The notes under the pieces: generated by a model | What the model saw: the letters and a program-made list of their open reading frames with translations, nothing else | Told to the model about the DNA's origin: nothing | Database searches by the model: none | DNA from: the human T2T-CHM13v2.0 reference genome, Homo sapiens | NCBI RefSeq assembly: GCF_009914755.1 | Contig: NC_060926.1 | Reading direction: 5' to 3' (one strand) | DNA length: 64,000 bases | Program-made: the position numbers and the translations under genes | Shown: piece by piece, positions 14,701 to 30,132 of the stretch | How positions within the stretch are numbered: position 1 is the first letter of the stretch | How the letters are laid out: every line of letters begins with the position of its first letter

Positions 14701-15190
14701 TTAAAAAAAAGATCAGAAATAAAATTGAGGTATTTCAATTGGAAAAAATTACAATTTGATTCTCTTAGAGTTTGTGAAACTGCTACTAGAGATATTTGGG
14801 TTGGAATATACATATCAGGCAGCACTATGTGCTTGCACTATGTGCAAGGCTTTGCAAGGTGATAAGTGTTTTTACATCGATGATTATAAAACAGTAGAGC
14901 TTTGGCTTTGGATTTAGCTATGGAGAGAGAGCTTAATAGTTACTTGATCTTCGGCAAGTCATTTTGGCTTCCTGCAGTACAAAATAGATAAAATAATACT
15001 AATTATCTCAAAGGCTTGTTAGGAGAATGAAAAATAAAAATACATAAACACAATGTCTGGCACATAAGGAGTGTTCAATAATTCTCATAGCAACCCAGTG
15101 AAATAAAAATTTTCATCTTCATTTTATAGATAATAAATTAAATCCAAATTAAGAGAGAGATTATTATTAATTTTTAAAAATATTATAAAG

Positions 15191-15478
15191 CTGCGGTTCC
15201 CCCCACCCCCACCCTGGGCCACAGAGCAGGAGGTGAGCGGCAGGCCAGCAAGCATTACTACCTGAGTTCTGCCACCTGTCAGATCAGTGGCGGCACCAGA
15301 TTCTCATAGGAGCACAAACTCTATTGTGAACTATGCACGCGAGGGATCCAGGTTGTGTGCTCCTTATAAGAACCTAATGCCTGATGATCTGAGGTGGAAC
15401 AGTTTTATTCTGAAACCATCCCTCACCCAGTCCACAGAAAAACTGTCTTCCACAAAACCAGTCCCTGGTCCTCAAAAA
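15191..15478 (+). mobile_element. MER1B (hAT-Charlie)
   Basis: agcaggaggtgagcggc...cctgtcagatcagtggcggca..gattctcataggagc...aaaccagtccctggt. Confidence 0.85.
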
Positions 15479-15596
15479 TTTCCCCTTGAGTTCCTTCCAC
15501 ATGTACCACATTCATGCTGAATTCATGTTTATTTAATGAACGAATCAATCCAATTGGTTTACTGGATTATTATCACAAATATTTTTTAAATCTTAC

Positions 15597-15652
15597 CTGT
15601 CTGAAGAACTGTTTCAGGATCAACCGATGGAAGAAAGTTTAAATCCACAGAC
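15597..15652 (-). CDS. SESTD1: SESTD1 coding exon 7 (RSVDLNFLPSVDPETVLQT-G)
   Basis: gtgttttccag|GTCT...CAG|GTAAGA; 56 nt; phase 2 to 1; overlaps ORF-track entry 15586..15798. Confidence 0.95.
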
Positions 15653-16097
15653 CTGGAAAACACCAAAGGAGTAATTTTCAAAAGGCATATTTCTATCAAT
15701 GTAACTTTAAAAATTCCTTTACATATAAAAAAACAGAACAGGGGCACAAAAGTATGAAAATCTGAAGCATACCATCCTACCATGCTAACTTCTCTCAAGC
15801 ATAAGGAAGCCCATTAGGAAAAGTAAATACTAGTAGCCAGAGAAATACCAACGTAATAAATCATAAAATAACTACTTGGAAAAATATAGTTTACTGTTTT
15901 TAGTCATAATATTATTTCAAATATATCAAAGAAGTCCATTTAGTATTTATCCAATGAGTATTTGTTTCAAAATGAAGTTTGTCATATAGTAACCCAGAAA
16001 TGTAACATTAAAAAATGCATGCAGCCATCCTCCAGACAAAACTTTATTTACCTACAGCAATCTTTGATAGCTGTGAATATTCTGTCTTATATTCCAG

Positions 16098-16099
<2 letters not shown>

Positions 16100-16137
<38 letters not shown>
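16100..16137. repeat. (GT)19 microsatellite
   Basis: Perfect dinucleotide run. Confidence 0.97.
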
Positions 16138-16139
<2 letters not shown>

Positions 16140-16538
16140 TAGCAGTTGTACTCTCTTCCCTAATCATACTTCTTGTGCAGCTGGACATCTGCCTTTATTT
16201 TCCTAAACACATACAGGAAAGAAAAGATGAAGGAAAGAAAGGGGACAATGACCTTGCTGCTCTAACTGACTGGTCTCATGCTAAATTTTTCACTTTTTGT
16301 CAATGGATCTAGGCCCTCAGATGCTTCCTGAGGATTGACATAAAGAAGGTTGAAAAAAAAAACAGACAGCTGATAAAAATTTGCAAGAGGAGGGACTCTA
16401 TTATCTGGGATCTGGGGTTTAAAGGAAACTAAGCAATAACACGTCAGTTCCTTGAGGAGGAACTGGCAAATATAAGATTTTGATATTTCATGTAGTCATG
16501 GAAACCAGGACTTCCCAAAGTGTTTCCCAAAACACTGA

Positions 16539-16854
<316 letters not shown>

Positions 16855-17973
16855 TGAACAAGATATGTTTTAAGGAAGCAATTAAATAGGTTTCTTTGCT
16901 GCACTGCTTCTTCAGAACCTTTAATCTGCAATATTCACAGTCATTCTCAAAGAGGGAAATACAGTCAACAGCATCAAACTCTTTGATCATGGACTCATTT
17001 TCTATAGTCACCAACATGGGATGTCTTTCCCAAGGAATATAACTAAGAAACATCAAACTTACTCGGATGGACTATTCAGAAAACAAGTCCAGCTAATTTT
17101 CATCAAGTAACTCATGATATTTTCACTTCCTAAACCACAGCATATATGTGTGTGATATCTACAGACACACAATCACATATTTATATACATATACAAAATT
17201 TCATAATTTTACATTTTTATACGGCATCTGTAGGATGGAAACATTCCTAACTGCTTGTGACTTTAATCAGATTTACATTCAAACCGTTTGTTTTCACAGT
17301 TTGACTTTGTTTTAATCAAGATTTTGTGTTAAAACTATGATCTTACACTTGAAAACTTGATATGTGACTATATTTGGATTCAAGGAATAACAACAAGCAT
17401 TTTATTAAGGTTCCACTGTATCTTCAAGGTCAGATTCAAAGGAGACAGATCGGATGACAGGGAACACCAGGATTCTTTCACATTTCCTAATGAAAAATTA
17501 CTGTTTTAGTGACCAGTAATAATCAAGTGGCCTGAATAGTTAATTTGCTTGCTAAAGTGCTTTTTATCTGAGGAGGAGGACTTGCTCTACCAACAGAAAA
17601 GTGAAAGCTGACAAGGTTGTAAAGTTCAAGGGAAATCTGTTAACATGATAAATCTAGGTAGTTACATTCAGATAATACCACTCAACTATTACTTCATTGC
17701 ATATCATAAAACACTAAATTCCCCAATTTGAATTCATGAATATCACATATTTTACAAGAGCAGAAAAAGTTCTATAAGCTAGACATTTAAGTGCTAATGT
17801 ATTCAAATAAGGTTATAATAATTGTATTTCAAACTGCAACTTTTTTCATATTCTTAACCAGGAAAGAAGATAACTCTAAAAAGGTAGAAAAGTGTTTCTT
17901 TTGAAAACACGTTCTTGAAACATTTTACATAGTGTCAGAAAAAAGTAAATACATTACTATTAATTTAAAAATG

Positions 17974-18340
<367 letters not shown>

Positions 18341-18490
18341 TCAAATTCTCACGAATATTGTACGTCAATTTTGATTGAATGAAGACTTTGTTTACTGTAG
18401 TTCTTTTAGCTTGCATTAACAATAGAGATATCTTTTATCAGAATAATTATAGTTTTGCAAGGATATAATTGCATGCCACTAGCCACCTAC

Positions 18491-18588
18491 CTTTCTTTCT
18501 CTTGCTGATTTCCTTTATCACTTCCATTGTTAATCAAAGCAAGTTCATCTAATAATGATGTAGATTCCTTTGTAAACTTCTCAAAAAC
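18491..18588 (-). CDS. SESTD1: SESTD1 coding exon 6 ([33 protein letters not shown])
   Basis: attgtag|GTTT...AAG|GTAGGT; 98 nt; phase 0 to 2. Confidence 0.95.
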
Positions 18589-19139
18589 CTACAATATGAG
18601 TTTTATTAACATACTAAGAACAGTCTTAAAAATTAATATGTAATAAGGATTGTCAGTTAAGAGTAATAGAATTGGCCAGCTAGGATATGTTTTCCTTCCC
18701 CAGCAGTTCGTGCAATTCTACCACCAGAGCACAACAATGTACCCAAGAGAAGACAAAACTGTTTCCTAAAGCAATGAATAGTTTCATGGATAAATAATTT
18801 TTAAAATTTAAATACATCAATAAATTATCTTCATTCTCCATTCAGATACGTGTTTCTTTGAGAAACATTTGCATCGATAACAGTTCTAACTACATACATG
18901 TAATTTAGAACACGCTAAGTCTCTAATAACAGTTACAGAACACTTCTTTATGTTATTCTATCACCAACACATGTTGGTTTCACATAATAGTTGTTATATA
19001 CATGCATGTAGCATTTAAAATTAGTTATAATTTTAATGATTTCTTCAAATATTTCTGAAAAGGAATTTGGGCAAGTCTGTTTAAGTAATGAAGTAGACAA
19101 TCACTTGACTAACACCACTTTTTAAATATGGTGGAAATA

Positions 19140-19439
<300 letters not shown>

Positions 19440-19733
19440 TTAGTTATCCATTCAGAGATAACCAAAAGTTCACCATTCTCCAATAAAATTATTATTTAAT
19501 CTAAAATGAGTTAATCTGACGTTTGTTCTTTCAGTAGTTCAATAAAAAAAAAAAATCAAATTACACAGAGTTGCAGATTTCAGAAGTCTAGAATGCCAAA
19601 GACGATACATTTTCACAAATGAAAATGCTTAATCTGTCAAACTGCTCTTCAAGTTGATAATTCAAATTAATGTTTAAATATCCTCTGAAAATGGTATAGC
19701 AACTAGATCACCTCAAGAAATTATGCTACTGTT

Positions 19734-20035
<302 letters not shown>

Positions 20036-20094
20036 CTACTGTTATTCTAATTAAAAATTTTACAACCTTTACTGATGCTACTAATGACAGAACA

Positions 20095-20330
20095 GTAATA
20101 GCTAAAACTTATACAGTGCCACTATATCATGTCTGGTGCTGTTCTAAATGCTTTATATGTATATTCATTTCATTTTACCCATAATCACACAAAGGTAGGT
20201 ACTATTACTATCACCATATTACAGATGTGGGAATCAGGCCAAGGCAAGATTAAACGCATTGTTGAAGGCCTAGCAACTAGAATCAGGATTCTAATCAAGT
20301 AAGTCTGACTTCACAGTATTTGTCTATTAT
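20095..20330 (-). mobile_element. MIR
   Basis: aaggtaggtactattacta..ccatattacagatgtggga..caggc, the reverse MIR core. Confidence 0.7.
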
Positions 20331-20470
20331 GCTATAATGTGGTATGCACATATTTCTCCATTTTTGTAAAAAGAAAAATAATCTATATTTTAATAGACTA
20401 AAATGATAAAGTTATCAAAATATATCTTATTTCTATGCAATAACATTTTATCTCATTGTAATATACCAAC

Positions 20471-20584
20471 CAGCCTCTTATTTAACCAGTCCATGTGATC
20501 ATAGGTGAGACTCCCACCAAAATCTTCTGTTAATTGGCATGGTTCTATATAACGAGTCAATTTGTTGGCGGACACTAAAATAAC
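20471..20584 (-). CDS. SESTD1: SESTD1 coding exon 5 ([38 protein letters not shown])
   Basis: cctttttatag|GTTA...CTG|GTTGGT; 114 nt; phase 0-0; QLTEDFGG is the SEC14 C-terminal motif. Confidence 0.95.
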
Positions 20585-21199
20585 CTATAAAAAGGTTAAA
20601 AGAAAAGAAACATTTAGTAACCCACTATTAAAATCCACGAAAGTAACCAGGAGGTAAAATTAGGTTAAAATATGCAATATTGTTTCCAACATGATGACAC
20701 ATTATCATTTACTTAATACAATATTTAAAACCAATTCAATAAGTTATAGATACCTGATAAAAAATTCATCAAAAATTTTTTCTAATACCACATTTTAAAA
20801 AACAACAGGTACCAGCAGTTCAGATGAAATATTTTCAAAAATATTTTATCTTGTTTCTTTGTAATAAAAATCAATAATCAATTCCTTAATGCAATGAAGT
20901 AATAAAAAATTTTCACATCATCTTAAAATTAGCTAAGGACATTAAAATGATAAGCCCTATGAAGAGTAAATCTGGCAATCAAAAAGTTATCCATTTTAAA
21001 GTTTTTCTAATGTTCCTTTGATTACATATAAACAAAACAAGTCCTCCGGTTGTAGAGTATAACCCACAATAACGTATGCCAATATTTAATTTTTAGTAAA
21101 AATTAGAAGATCAGAGTATTTATAAACTTGAAACGTACATATTAAAATGCTAATCTTTTAACTCTAAACTTAAAAAGATTTCAAATACAAATTAAATAA

Positions 21200-24150
21200 G
21201 TACCTAAGAGACCACTGCAGAACTAAATAAAACTTCAGTGAAGATACACATGCATAAAAAACAAAATACATCTATGGAAGAAAGATATTCAAATGGTAGT
21301 GTTAATACTAAATGACATATGGAAATGTGAATTTATTAAAAATGACTTGATAAGAAAAATAATGTGTCTGGCTGGAAAGAGCATCATTGCCACTCTCACA
21401 ATAACAAAAGCCAGACAATCTGCAAAATTATAACTTTTTCTGGAACTCCTAAGAAAGCTGAGGTTACAGGGAAACCTGTAACTAGTTTGAAGTTGAAGAG
21501 AAGGCAAGCACCACAGAGAGAAAGGTGAAAGGGGCTACCACAGAGCGCATGTGCGAAATTTTTGGAACTCTTCTGTATCTTGATTATGGCAAAAATTATG
21601 TGACTATATGTGCTTGTTGAATCTCATAAAACTATATGCTAAAGTATGAATTTTACTTCACATAAATTATACCTCATAAAACTGACTTTAAAAAAATTTA
21701 AAAAACAACTTAAGGAGGACTTGTGGAAGAACTCAGAAGGAGACAAATGAAAAATTTAGAAACAGACACAATATGTAAAACAAGGTACATCCATACTGTA
21801 TATGAAGTTATAATATCAACAATAAATAAGGAGAAATTACCAAGACTGCTTTGCCGGAAGAGGGAAAATTTCATCCTCAGGAAGACACCAAAAACATTGC
21901 ATGAAAAATTCATAGAACTATGAACTCTATCAAATTTGAGTGTACAACAAATTGCTATTGATAACAATACATTAAATGGAAATTAAGTCTTAAATATTTA
22001 TATGAGGAAACAAAGCCTAGTGAATAATGAGCTAAGTGACCCATCTAAGAAGTCAGGAGAGGAAAAAGACAGAATAAGTCCAAAGAAAATAGAAGAAAGG
22101 AGGTGAAAAATCAGAAGTAAATATAAATTAAGATATTACAGGGGCTCAAAAAAGCCGAAACTTATTTCTTGAAAAGACTAATGAAATCAACAAACTTCTG
22201 ATAGGAGGAAGCAAGAAAAACAAAGTACAAATAAATAATGGTAACAACATAAAGGAGAATACCATTTCGTTGATAGCAATGGTTTAAAAGACATTAAGGA
22301 CACAAGACAATTTTGTGCCAATACCTATAAACTCAGAAGAATAGACATATTCCTATTAAAAAGTGTAACTTATCAAAACTGACATAAGAAAACAATACCT
22401 ACAACCAATGAAGTGAATCATTAGATTCTTTATGTTTTCAGTAATCATGCTGTTAGTGATAGTTTTAGTATTGCCATTCTGCAATCACTTGATGAGGAAC
22501 AAAGCCAGTGAGTGAGATGGGATATTATAATTCTGCCATCCCCAACAACCTTAAGAAAATGGCATTTTTGGCAAGGGAGGAAGGAAGATGTGGGAGAGAA
22601 AAAGCATCCTTACAGTGCTCGTTTTAAATTGGAAGTATCAGTTTAAACTCCACAATATATTTCATTTTAAATGAACACACACACACTCTCTCGCTCTCTC
22701 TCTCACACACACTTATATGTATGTGTATTTTCTAGTTGTGTCCAATGGAAGGTTTAGAAATAATGACCAATTTTGTAGAAATGTATGTTCCTAGCATCCA
22801 GACTGTGATCTCTGAGTACCATTTCTCATAAAAAAGAATCAGGTTTTGTTAAAATAGCATTAGTCAAAAAAATAATAATTTTAAAAGAAAATAAAAGGAA
22901 TCACACCATGATGAGTGAGCTTGGAACATCTTACCCAGACATCAAAAAAGCTATCAAAGACTACTATGGTTGTGACGAAAGGACATGAAAAGGCTTCCAC
23001 TGACCAAATATGTGACAAGTTACACATCAATAAGAATAATAAATGCCATGAATCGAAACATTAAATACGCTTAAATCAATGAGTGCATACTGACACAAAA
23101 GAAATAATCACCATTGGACTAAGCTAGAGAACACACTTATTATAATGAAAACGAGACTGGGCACGGTGGCTCATGCCTATAATCTCGGCACTTTGGGAGA
23201 CCGAGGCAAGAGGATTGCTTGAAACCAGGAGTTTAAGACCAGCCTGGGTAATGTAAGAAAACCCAATCTCTACAAAAAAAAAAAAAAAAAAGGTGTGTAC
23301 TTGTAGTCCCAGCTACTTGGGAAGCTGAAGCAGAAGGACCACTTGTTTCCAGGAGTTAGGCTGCAGGGAGCTATTATTGCACCACTGCACTCCAGCCTGG
23401 GGGTCAGAGAACCCCATGAAGAAAAGAACGGAAGGAAAGGAAGGGAAGGGAAAGAAGAAAGGGAAGGAAGGAAGGGAGGAAGGAAGGAAGAGAGGGAGGG
23501 AGGGAGGGAGAGAGGGAGACAGAACAGCAATAAAGAGAAACAAGCATTTATTTCACTTTTCATATACAAACTGTATTACTGGATAGACAAATAATAAGTT
23601 TCTCATTATAAAATGATTCCAGCTAGTAAATGAAGGAATAATAGAACTAGATTATCATTTTATAATTTTTAATGAAGTAAGAGATCTAGACACTGAACAT
23701 TAATGGCTGCTAACGTCACAAAAAAGACAACTATTACAAATCTCATGATCAAGGAACACATCACCACCTGTGAAGAGCCTTAGAAAAAGGAAATCAACTC
23801 TAAAACTAATCACTGTCTAAATCCAACTATCAATTTATAAAAACACATGTAAATTATACCACAGGGATACTTTCAGAAATATGCAGACTACTGGAAACTC
23901 TATAGGACAAACAATTTGGTCTCTTAAAAAAAATGTATACGAGAAAGAGAAGTTAAGATTAAAAAGCTGCATTTAATAGACATATACAGAATCTCATAAC
24001 CAATAATAAGAGAATTACATGTTCTTTTCAAGCAAGTATGAAATATTTTAAAACTTGACTGTATATTAGTGCATAAGAAAGCCTCAGCAAATTTCAAAGG
24101 AATATATAATATAACCACAAAATTAAGCTGGAAATCAATAATCAATCATA
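21200..24150 (+). mobile_element. Mosaic of old L1M (L1MC/ME-like) fragments interrupted by an Alu
   Basis: A-rich degenerate ORF2 remnants (ttcttgaaaagactaatgaaatcaacaaacttct) and L1MC-type 3' UTR pieces. Confidence 0.55.
23157..23520 (+). mobile_element. AluJ with a GA-rich (GGAA/GGGA) low-complexity tail
   Basis: Alu 23157-23415 followed by a purine tract at 23420-23520. Confidence 0.88.
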
Positions 24151-24174
24151 TCAGCAATCCGTATTACTGATTTC

Positions 24175-24407
24175 TAGCTCACTGTAGTCTCTGCCTCCCA
24201 GGTTCAAAGGATTCTCCTGTCTCAGCCTCCCAAGTAGCTGGACTACAGGGGCGTGCCACCATGCTCGGCTCATTTTTTTTTGTTTTTTAGTAGAGACGAG
24301 GTTTTACCATGTTGGCCAGGCTGGTCTCACATTCCTGACCTCAAGTGATCCACCTGCCCTGGCCTCCTAAAGTGCTAGGATTACAGGTGTGAGCCATCGC
24401 ATCCGGC
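24175..24407 (-). mobile_element. AluSx-like, lacking its 3' end and tail
   Basis: gctcactg...cctgacctcaagtgatcc...catccggcc; no poly(T) on the left. Confidence 0.88.
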
Positions 24408-24661
24408 CCACAACTCTTTTTTTGGGATCCACAGAAAGGCTTTCACACTAGGGAAATTAAACACAATCAGATCCCAGAAAAGAACTTTTCCTTTCTCCAA
24501 AAATGTCAAGCAATATATTAATAAGATATATAACTATATATACTAAGAATGAAACCAAGCAATATACATTTATTCTATGAGTAAATAAATTACTTGCTAA
24601 ATTGAGCATGAATTCACATCTGAAAAGATAAAATCCCAGAGCACTCTCTCCTGAAAATGCA

Positions 24662-24823
24662 GGCCGGGCATGGTGGCTCATGTTTGTAATCCCAACGATT
24701 TGGGCAGCCAAGGTAAGAGGACTGCTTGAGCCCAGGATTTCGAGACTGCAGTGAGCTATGATCGTGCCACTGCACTCAAGTCCAGGCAACAGAGTGAGAT
24801 TCTGTCTCAAAAAAAAAACAAAA
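24662..24823 (+). mobile_element. Monomeric Alu (FRAM/FAM-like)
   Basis: Single arm of about 150 bp plus an A tail. Confidence 0.8.
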
Positions 24824-24932
24824 CGTAAGGATGGTCTTTTTGCTCTTCAATTGCATCTTATTTAACGTAATATTCTATTTAAATACTGACAAAAATCTCT
24901 CTTTTGAGAAATCCCACTATCATGTCCCTTAT

Positions 24933-26869
24933 TTATTTTTAATTTTCCATAGGTTACTGGGGTACAGTCAGTGTTTAGTTACATGAGTAATTTCTTTAGT
25001 GGTGATTTGTGAGATTTTGGTGCACCCATCACCCGAGCAGTATACACTGCAGCATATTTGTAGTCTTTTATCCCTTGCTTCCCTCTCACCCTTTCCCCCA
25101 AGTCTCCAAAGTCTATTTTATCATTCTTATGCCTTTGTGTCCTCATAGCTTAGCTCCCACATATCAGCGAGAACACACGATGTTTGGTTTTCCATTCCTG
25201 AGTTACTTCACTTAGAATAATAGTCTCCAATTTCATGCAGGTCGCTGTGAATGCCATTAATTCATTCCTTTTTATGGCTGAGTAGTATTCCATCATACGT
25301 GTATATATATATATGTGTGTATATACGTATATATGTATATATATGTGTATATATGTATATGTGTGTGTATATATACACATATATATATCACATATATACA
25401 TCACAGTTTCTTTATCCACTCATTGATTGATGGGGACTTGGGTTGGCTCTATGATTTTGCAATTGTGAATTGTGCTGCTATAAACACGCATGTTCAAGTA
25501 TCTTTTTCGTATAATGACTTCTTTTCTTCTGGGTAGATACCCAGTAGTGGGACTGCTGGATCAAATGGTAGTTCTACTTTTAGTTCTTTGAGGTATCTCC
25601 ACACTGTTTTCCATAGTGGCTGTACTAGTTTACATTCCCACCAGCAGTACGGAAGTGTTCCCTGATCACGGCATTCACGCCAACATCTGTTTTTTGATTA
25701 TAGCCATTCTTGCAGGAGTTAAGGTGGTATCACATTGTGGTACTGATTTGCATTTCCCTAATCATTAGTGATGTTGAGCATTTTTTCATATGTTTGTTGG
25801 CCATTTGTATATCTTCTTTTGAGAATTGTCTATTCATGTCCTTAGCCTACTTTTTGATGGGATTGTTTGCTTTTTTTCTTGCTGATTTGAGTTCATTGTA
25901 GATTCTGCGTATTGTCCTTTATCAGATGTATAGATTGTGAAGATTTTCTCCCCCTCTGTAGGTTGTCTGTTTACTCTGCTGACTGTTCATTTTGCCATAC
26001 AAAAGCTCTTTAATTTCATTAGGTCCCAGCTATTTATCTTTGTTTTTATTGCATTTGCTTTTGGATTCTTGGTCATGAAATCTTTGCCTAAGCCAATGTC
26101 TAAAAGGGTTTTTCCAATGTTATCTTTTAGAATTTTTATAGTTTCAGGTCTTAGATTTAAGTCCTTAATCCATCTTGAGTTGATTTTTGTACAAGGTGAG
26201 AGATGATGATCCAGTTTCATTCTCCTACATGTGGCTAGCCAATTATCCCAGCACCATTTGTTGAAAAGGGTGTCCTTTCCCCACTTTATGTTTTTGTTTG
26301 CTACCCCTTTTACATTAGCTGCAAAAAAATAAAATACTTAGGGATATACCAAACCAAGGAGGCAAAAGACCTCTACAAGACAAACTACAAAACACTGCTG
26401 AAAGAAATCACAGATGACACAAACAAATGGAAACACATCCCATACTCATGGATGAGTAGAATCAATATTGTGAAAATGCCCATACTGCCAAAAGCAATCT
26501 ACAAATTCAACACAATCCCCACCAAAATACCATCATTCTTCACAGAATTAGAAAACACAATTCTAAAATTCATATGGAACCAAAAAAGAGCCCGTATAGC
26601 CAAACCAAGACTAAGCAAAAAGAACAAATCTGGAGGCATCACACTACCTGATTTCAAACTATACTATAAGGCCATAATAACAGTGTCATTGTTTCTTTGT
26701 TTTCATATTTAGAATCATAGGATGATTTATTTCATATTTAAAATCGTAAGATGATAAATCACAGGATGAGTTATTTCTGGGTTCTCTATTCTGTTCCATT
26801 GGTCTATGTGACTATTTTTATACCATACCAGCACAGAACCCAGAAATAAATCCAAACACTTACAGACAG
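24933..26869 (-). mobile_element. 5'-truncated, 5'-inverted L1PB1-like element (3' part on minus 24933-26302; inverted part on plus 26303-26869)
   Basis: L1PB 3'UTR and ORF2 C-terminus on minus; ORF2 segment [18 protein letters not shown] on plus; TSD ATGTCCCTTAT at 24922-24932 and 26870-26880. Confidence 0.9.
25297..25400. repeat. (TA/TG/CA) compound microsatellite inside the L1
   Basis: Alternating purine-pyrimidine run of about 100 bp. Confidence 0.9.
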
Positions 26870-28949
26870 ATGTCCCTTATATTAAACTTAATTTTTAATA
26901 ATGTGTTATTGATTCACTTAACAATCATTATTTAGTGGAGCTAAATTTATTTATTAGAAGACGTGTATTTTAGTGTTGGGAATATGAGGATGAATAAGAT
27001 ATGCTTCTGGCAAAGAAATTATCTTTTCATTTGTTTCTTTGCAATATTTCTCTGCAATATTCCAGAGACAGTTGTGTAATGCACAAGATGTAGAATAAAA
27101 TTTTCTGCTTTGTTCTAAGGCCTTTGTTGAAAATACCCTAAATGTCATGGCTGCTTTTGTCATAACAGCATAGAGGGCCAAAGGCTTTACTAGAATACCC
27201 CAAATGATTTCCAAACCCTTTTACTAGGGAAAAAACACCATTATTTTACAACTGAAAACATACAAAACTAGCAGCCATTCATTCCAGGTCTGTGCCCTAG
27301 TTCTGCCACAAATTCACTAAATTTGTAGAAGACAATCTAAAGGAATTCACCACTCCAAGCTTATTCCCCAATCTTTTGAAGAAGCCACCTTCATTAAATT
27401 ATCTATGATGTTTCTTTAAGCTCTAAAAGGACATAATTCTAATGAGTTGTTATCTGATACATTTAATTTGGGCCATTCTCTCTCTTATATTACCTATCTT
27501 GTCCAATGAAGAGCTCTCGTCACTTTTCTATCCACACTGGTTAGCCTTACCATATGTATTCCTTTCTACTTTTATAGTTCCTAAATGCACCAAAATCATT
27601 GATAAACATGTTTCAAGTTTAATGAGCCACACGGAAATTTTCCAGTTAACAGTTACATACAACGGAAGTTTATTTCCATGTGAATAATTCTCTTAAAAGC
27701 TCTTTTTCCTAAAATTAACTTAAATGTAAACAGTACAGATTCACCTTCTTTTATGACATAACACATATTTAAGAGCATATTATCCTTTAATCAAAATAAT
27801 TTTTTTAAAAAAATTGACCAAGATTACTGCTATTATGTTTTTACCTATGCAAAATAGTTTTAAATAAGGGAAGGACACAATTATGGAGAGCTACAGAAAA
27901 CTCATTTTCTCCATTATTATAAAACATTTTATACAATCCATATTCTTATAAAATTCACTGGTGGCTATTAAAAGTTAAAACAGTAGCCCTGCCATGTAGA
28001 CATACAGAATTGTATCAACACCAAAGGTATCTCAAAGTTAAATAACGTATGTGGGGGAAAAGCAACAGTTTACACAATCGGCAGACTCACAATCACAATA
28101 ATTTCCAATTGACAACTTACAGAACTATCTACTGTGATGAAACATCTCAGTTTCCACTGCAATAATCTCATTTTTGTTTAAGAGGGTGAAGGTGAGGAGA
28201 AAGGGCAGAGTAGGCTGGCTAAAGAGCAATAAATGTTTCCATTTTACTAGAAACATTCTTTTAGAAAAAGAATGAAGGGAAAAGACATTTAAGAGTGTGC
28301 AATAGTAGGAAACATCTTATTCTATGCATACGCTTTTCGCCTAACAATCACCTTTATAAAGTGGGTCAGGATCAGCATGTGTAAGAGGAAAGAGAATCCC
28401 TCCTTCCAGTGCACTGCAAAAATACACTCTGTTTACAAAGGTGAAAAACTGTCCACCTGCTTTTGGAAAATTACACCACTTACTAGGATACAACATATAA
28501 ATAACAGACAACTGCTTCCCAGAGGACAAACCAAGTTTGAATAAACAGACAATTCAACTCCACTCCAATGATGGCAAACATCACAGAAGGGTGTGATTTC
28601 ACTGCTGTGAATTTGCTCGTGAAGACCAAATTCAAATGTGCAAGCAAAAGTAAGAAACCATTTGCAGGGCGGGATTTAGGCCTGAAGTAGAACTGGAATG
28701 CTGAAAAAGGAAAACTGTGTAGAGATTTCTAGATGTTTGAAAAGCAAAAACTCGAAGAAAACAGAGAAAACTGACACATTTCAGGGTAATGCAACAAAAC
28801 AAGATTAGGAATCCCAGACTAGGTGATTTTCTATAAATTGTTTCATTACAGCTTTTTAAATTACAAAATACTGGTAGGGCTTCCTATATTCCTTTCTGTT
28901 ACAGCCCTTGAAGAGACCACTAATTTCCATAGATAGCAAACCTATATGA

Positions 28950-29349
<400 letters not shown>

Positions 29350-30132
29350 CATAATCAAATTTTTTAAAGTCCATCCTCAGAGAGCAATTATCAACTAAAA
29401 GTAAGAACAAAATTAGAAAAGATTCCCCCTCAAAATCATATTGAGATCACATGTATTACGTATAATTCATTTTCATCCTATGATTCTAAATATGAAAACG
29501 AAGAAACAATGACACAATTGCTGAAAATTCTAAAGAAATATTTTCCAAAGCTACAAAAAAAGCTTTGAAAATCTTCAGTGAAGTGATTAATGAGTAAGAA
29601 ATAACACCGTGAATTAGAGCACAAATATTTAAAAGTACAAAATGGCACAAATATATATAATTATATTAGATTATATTAATTTAAAAATTATATGGTTCTT
29701 TATTTTCTGCAAAACCTTCTTTTAAATATTTATTGACATTGTCACCTGTTCTAATTAAGTGACCAATTGATAGAAACATCATATTCTAACCTAAAGATAA
29801 ACCTTCTTTAAAAATCAAACAATCCATTGCCTGTGAAGAAGATGGAACCACAAACTCAACATTTTCATTTCTCAGAAAATATTTAAAAGAGTAAATTTTC
29901 TAAAAGTATCCAGCATTTCTTTAGACTAGCCTATTGTGACTCTCTAAATCACTATTTCCCAGTTATGAAAATCTCATACACTCTCCATATCATTCTACTT
30001 TTTTTTTGCAGAACATAATGAAGTAGTATATATAATAAGCTCATTTTAATTTTTTTAAAAAAGGATTTACTTATTAGTACTACAAAATACTAAATTAAAG
30101 CAAACTTCATAATAACACACCTTAAACAATTA

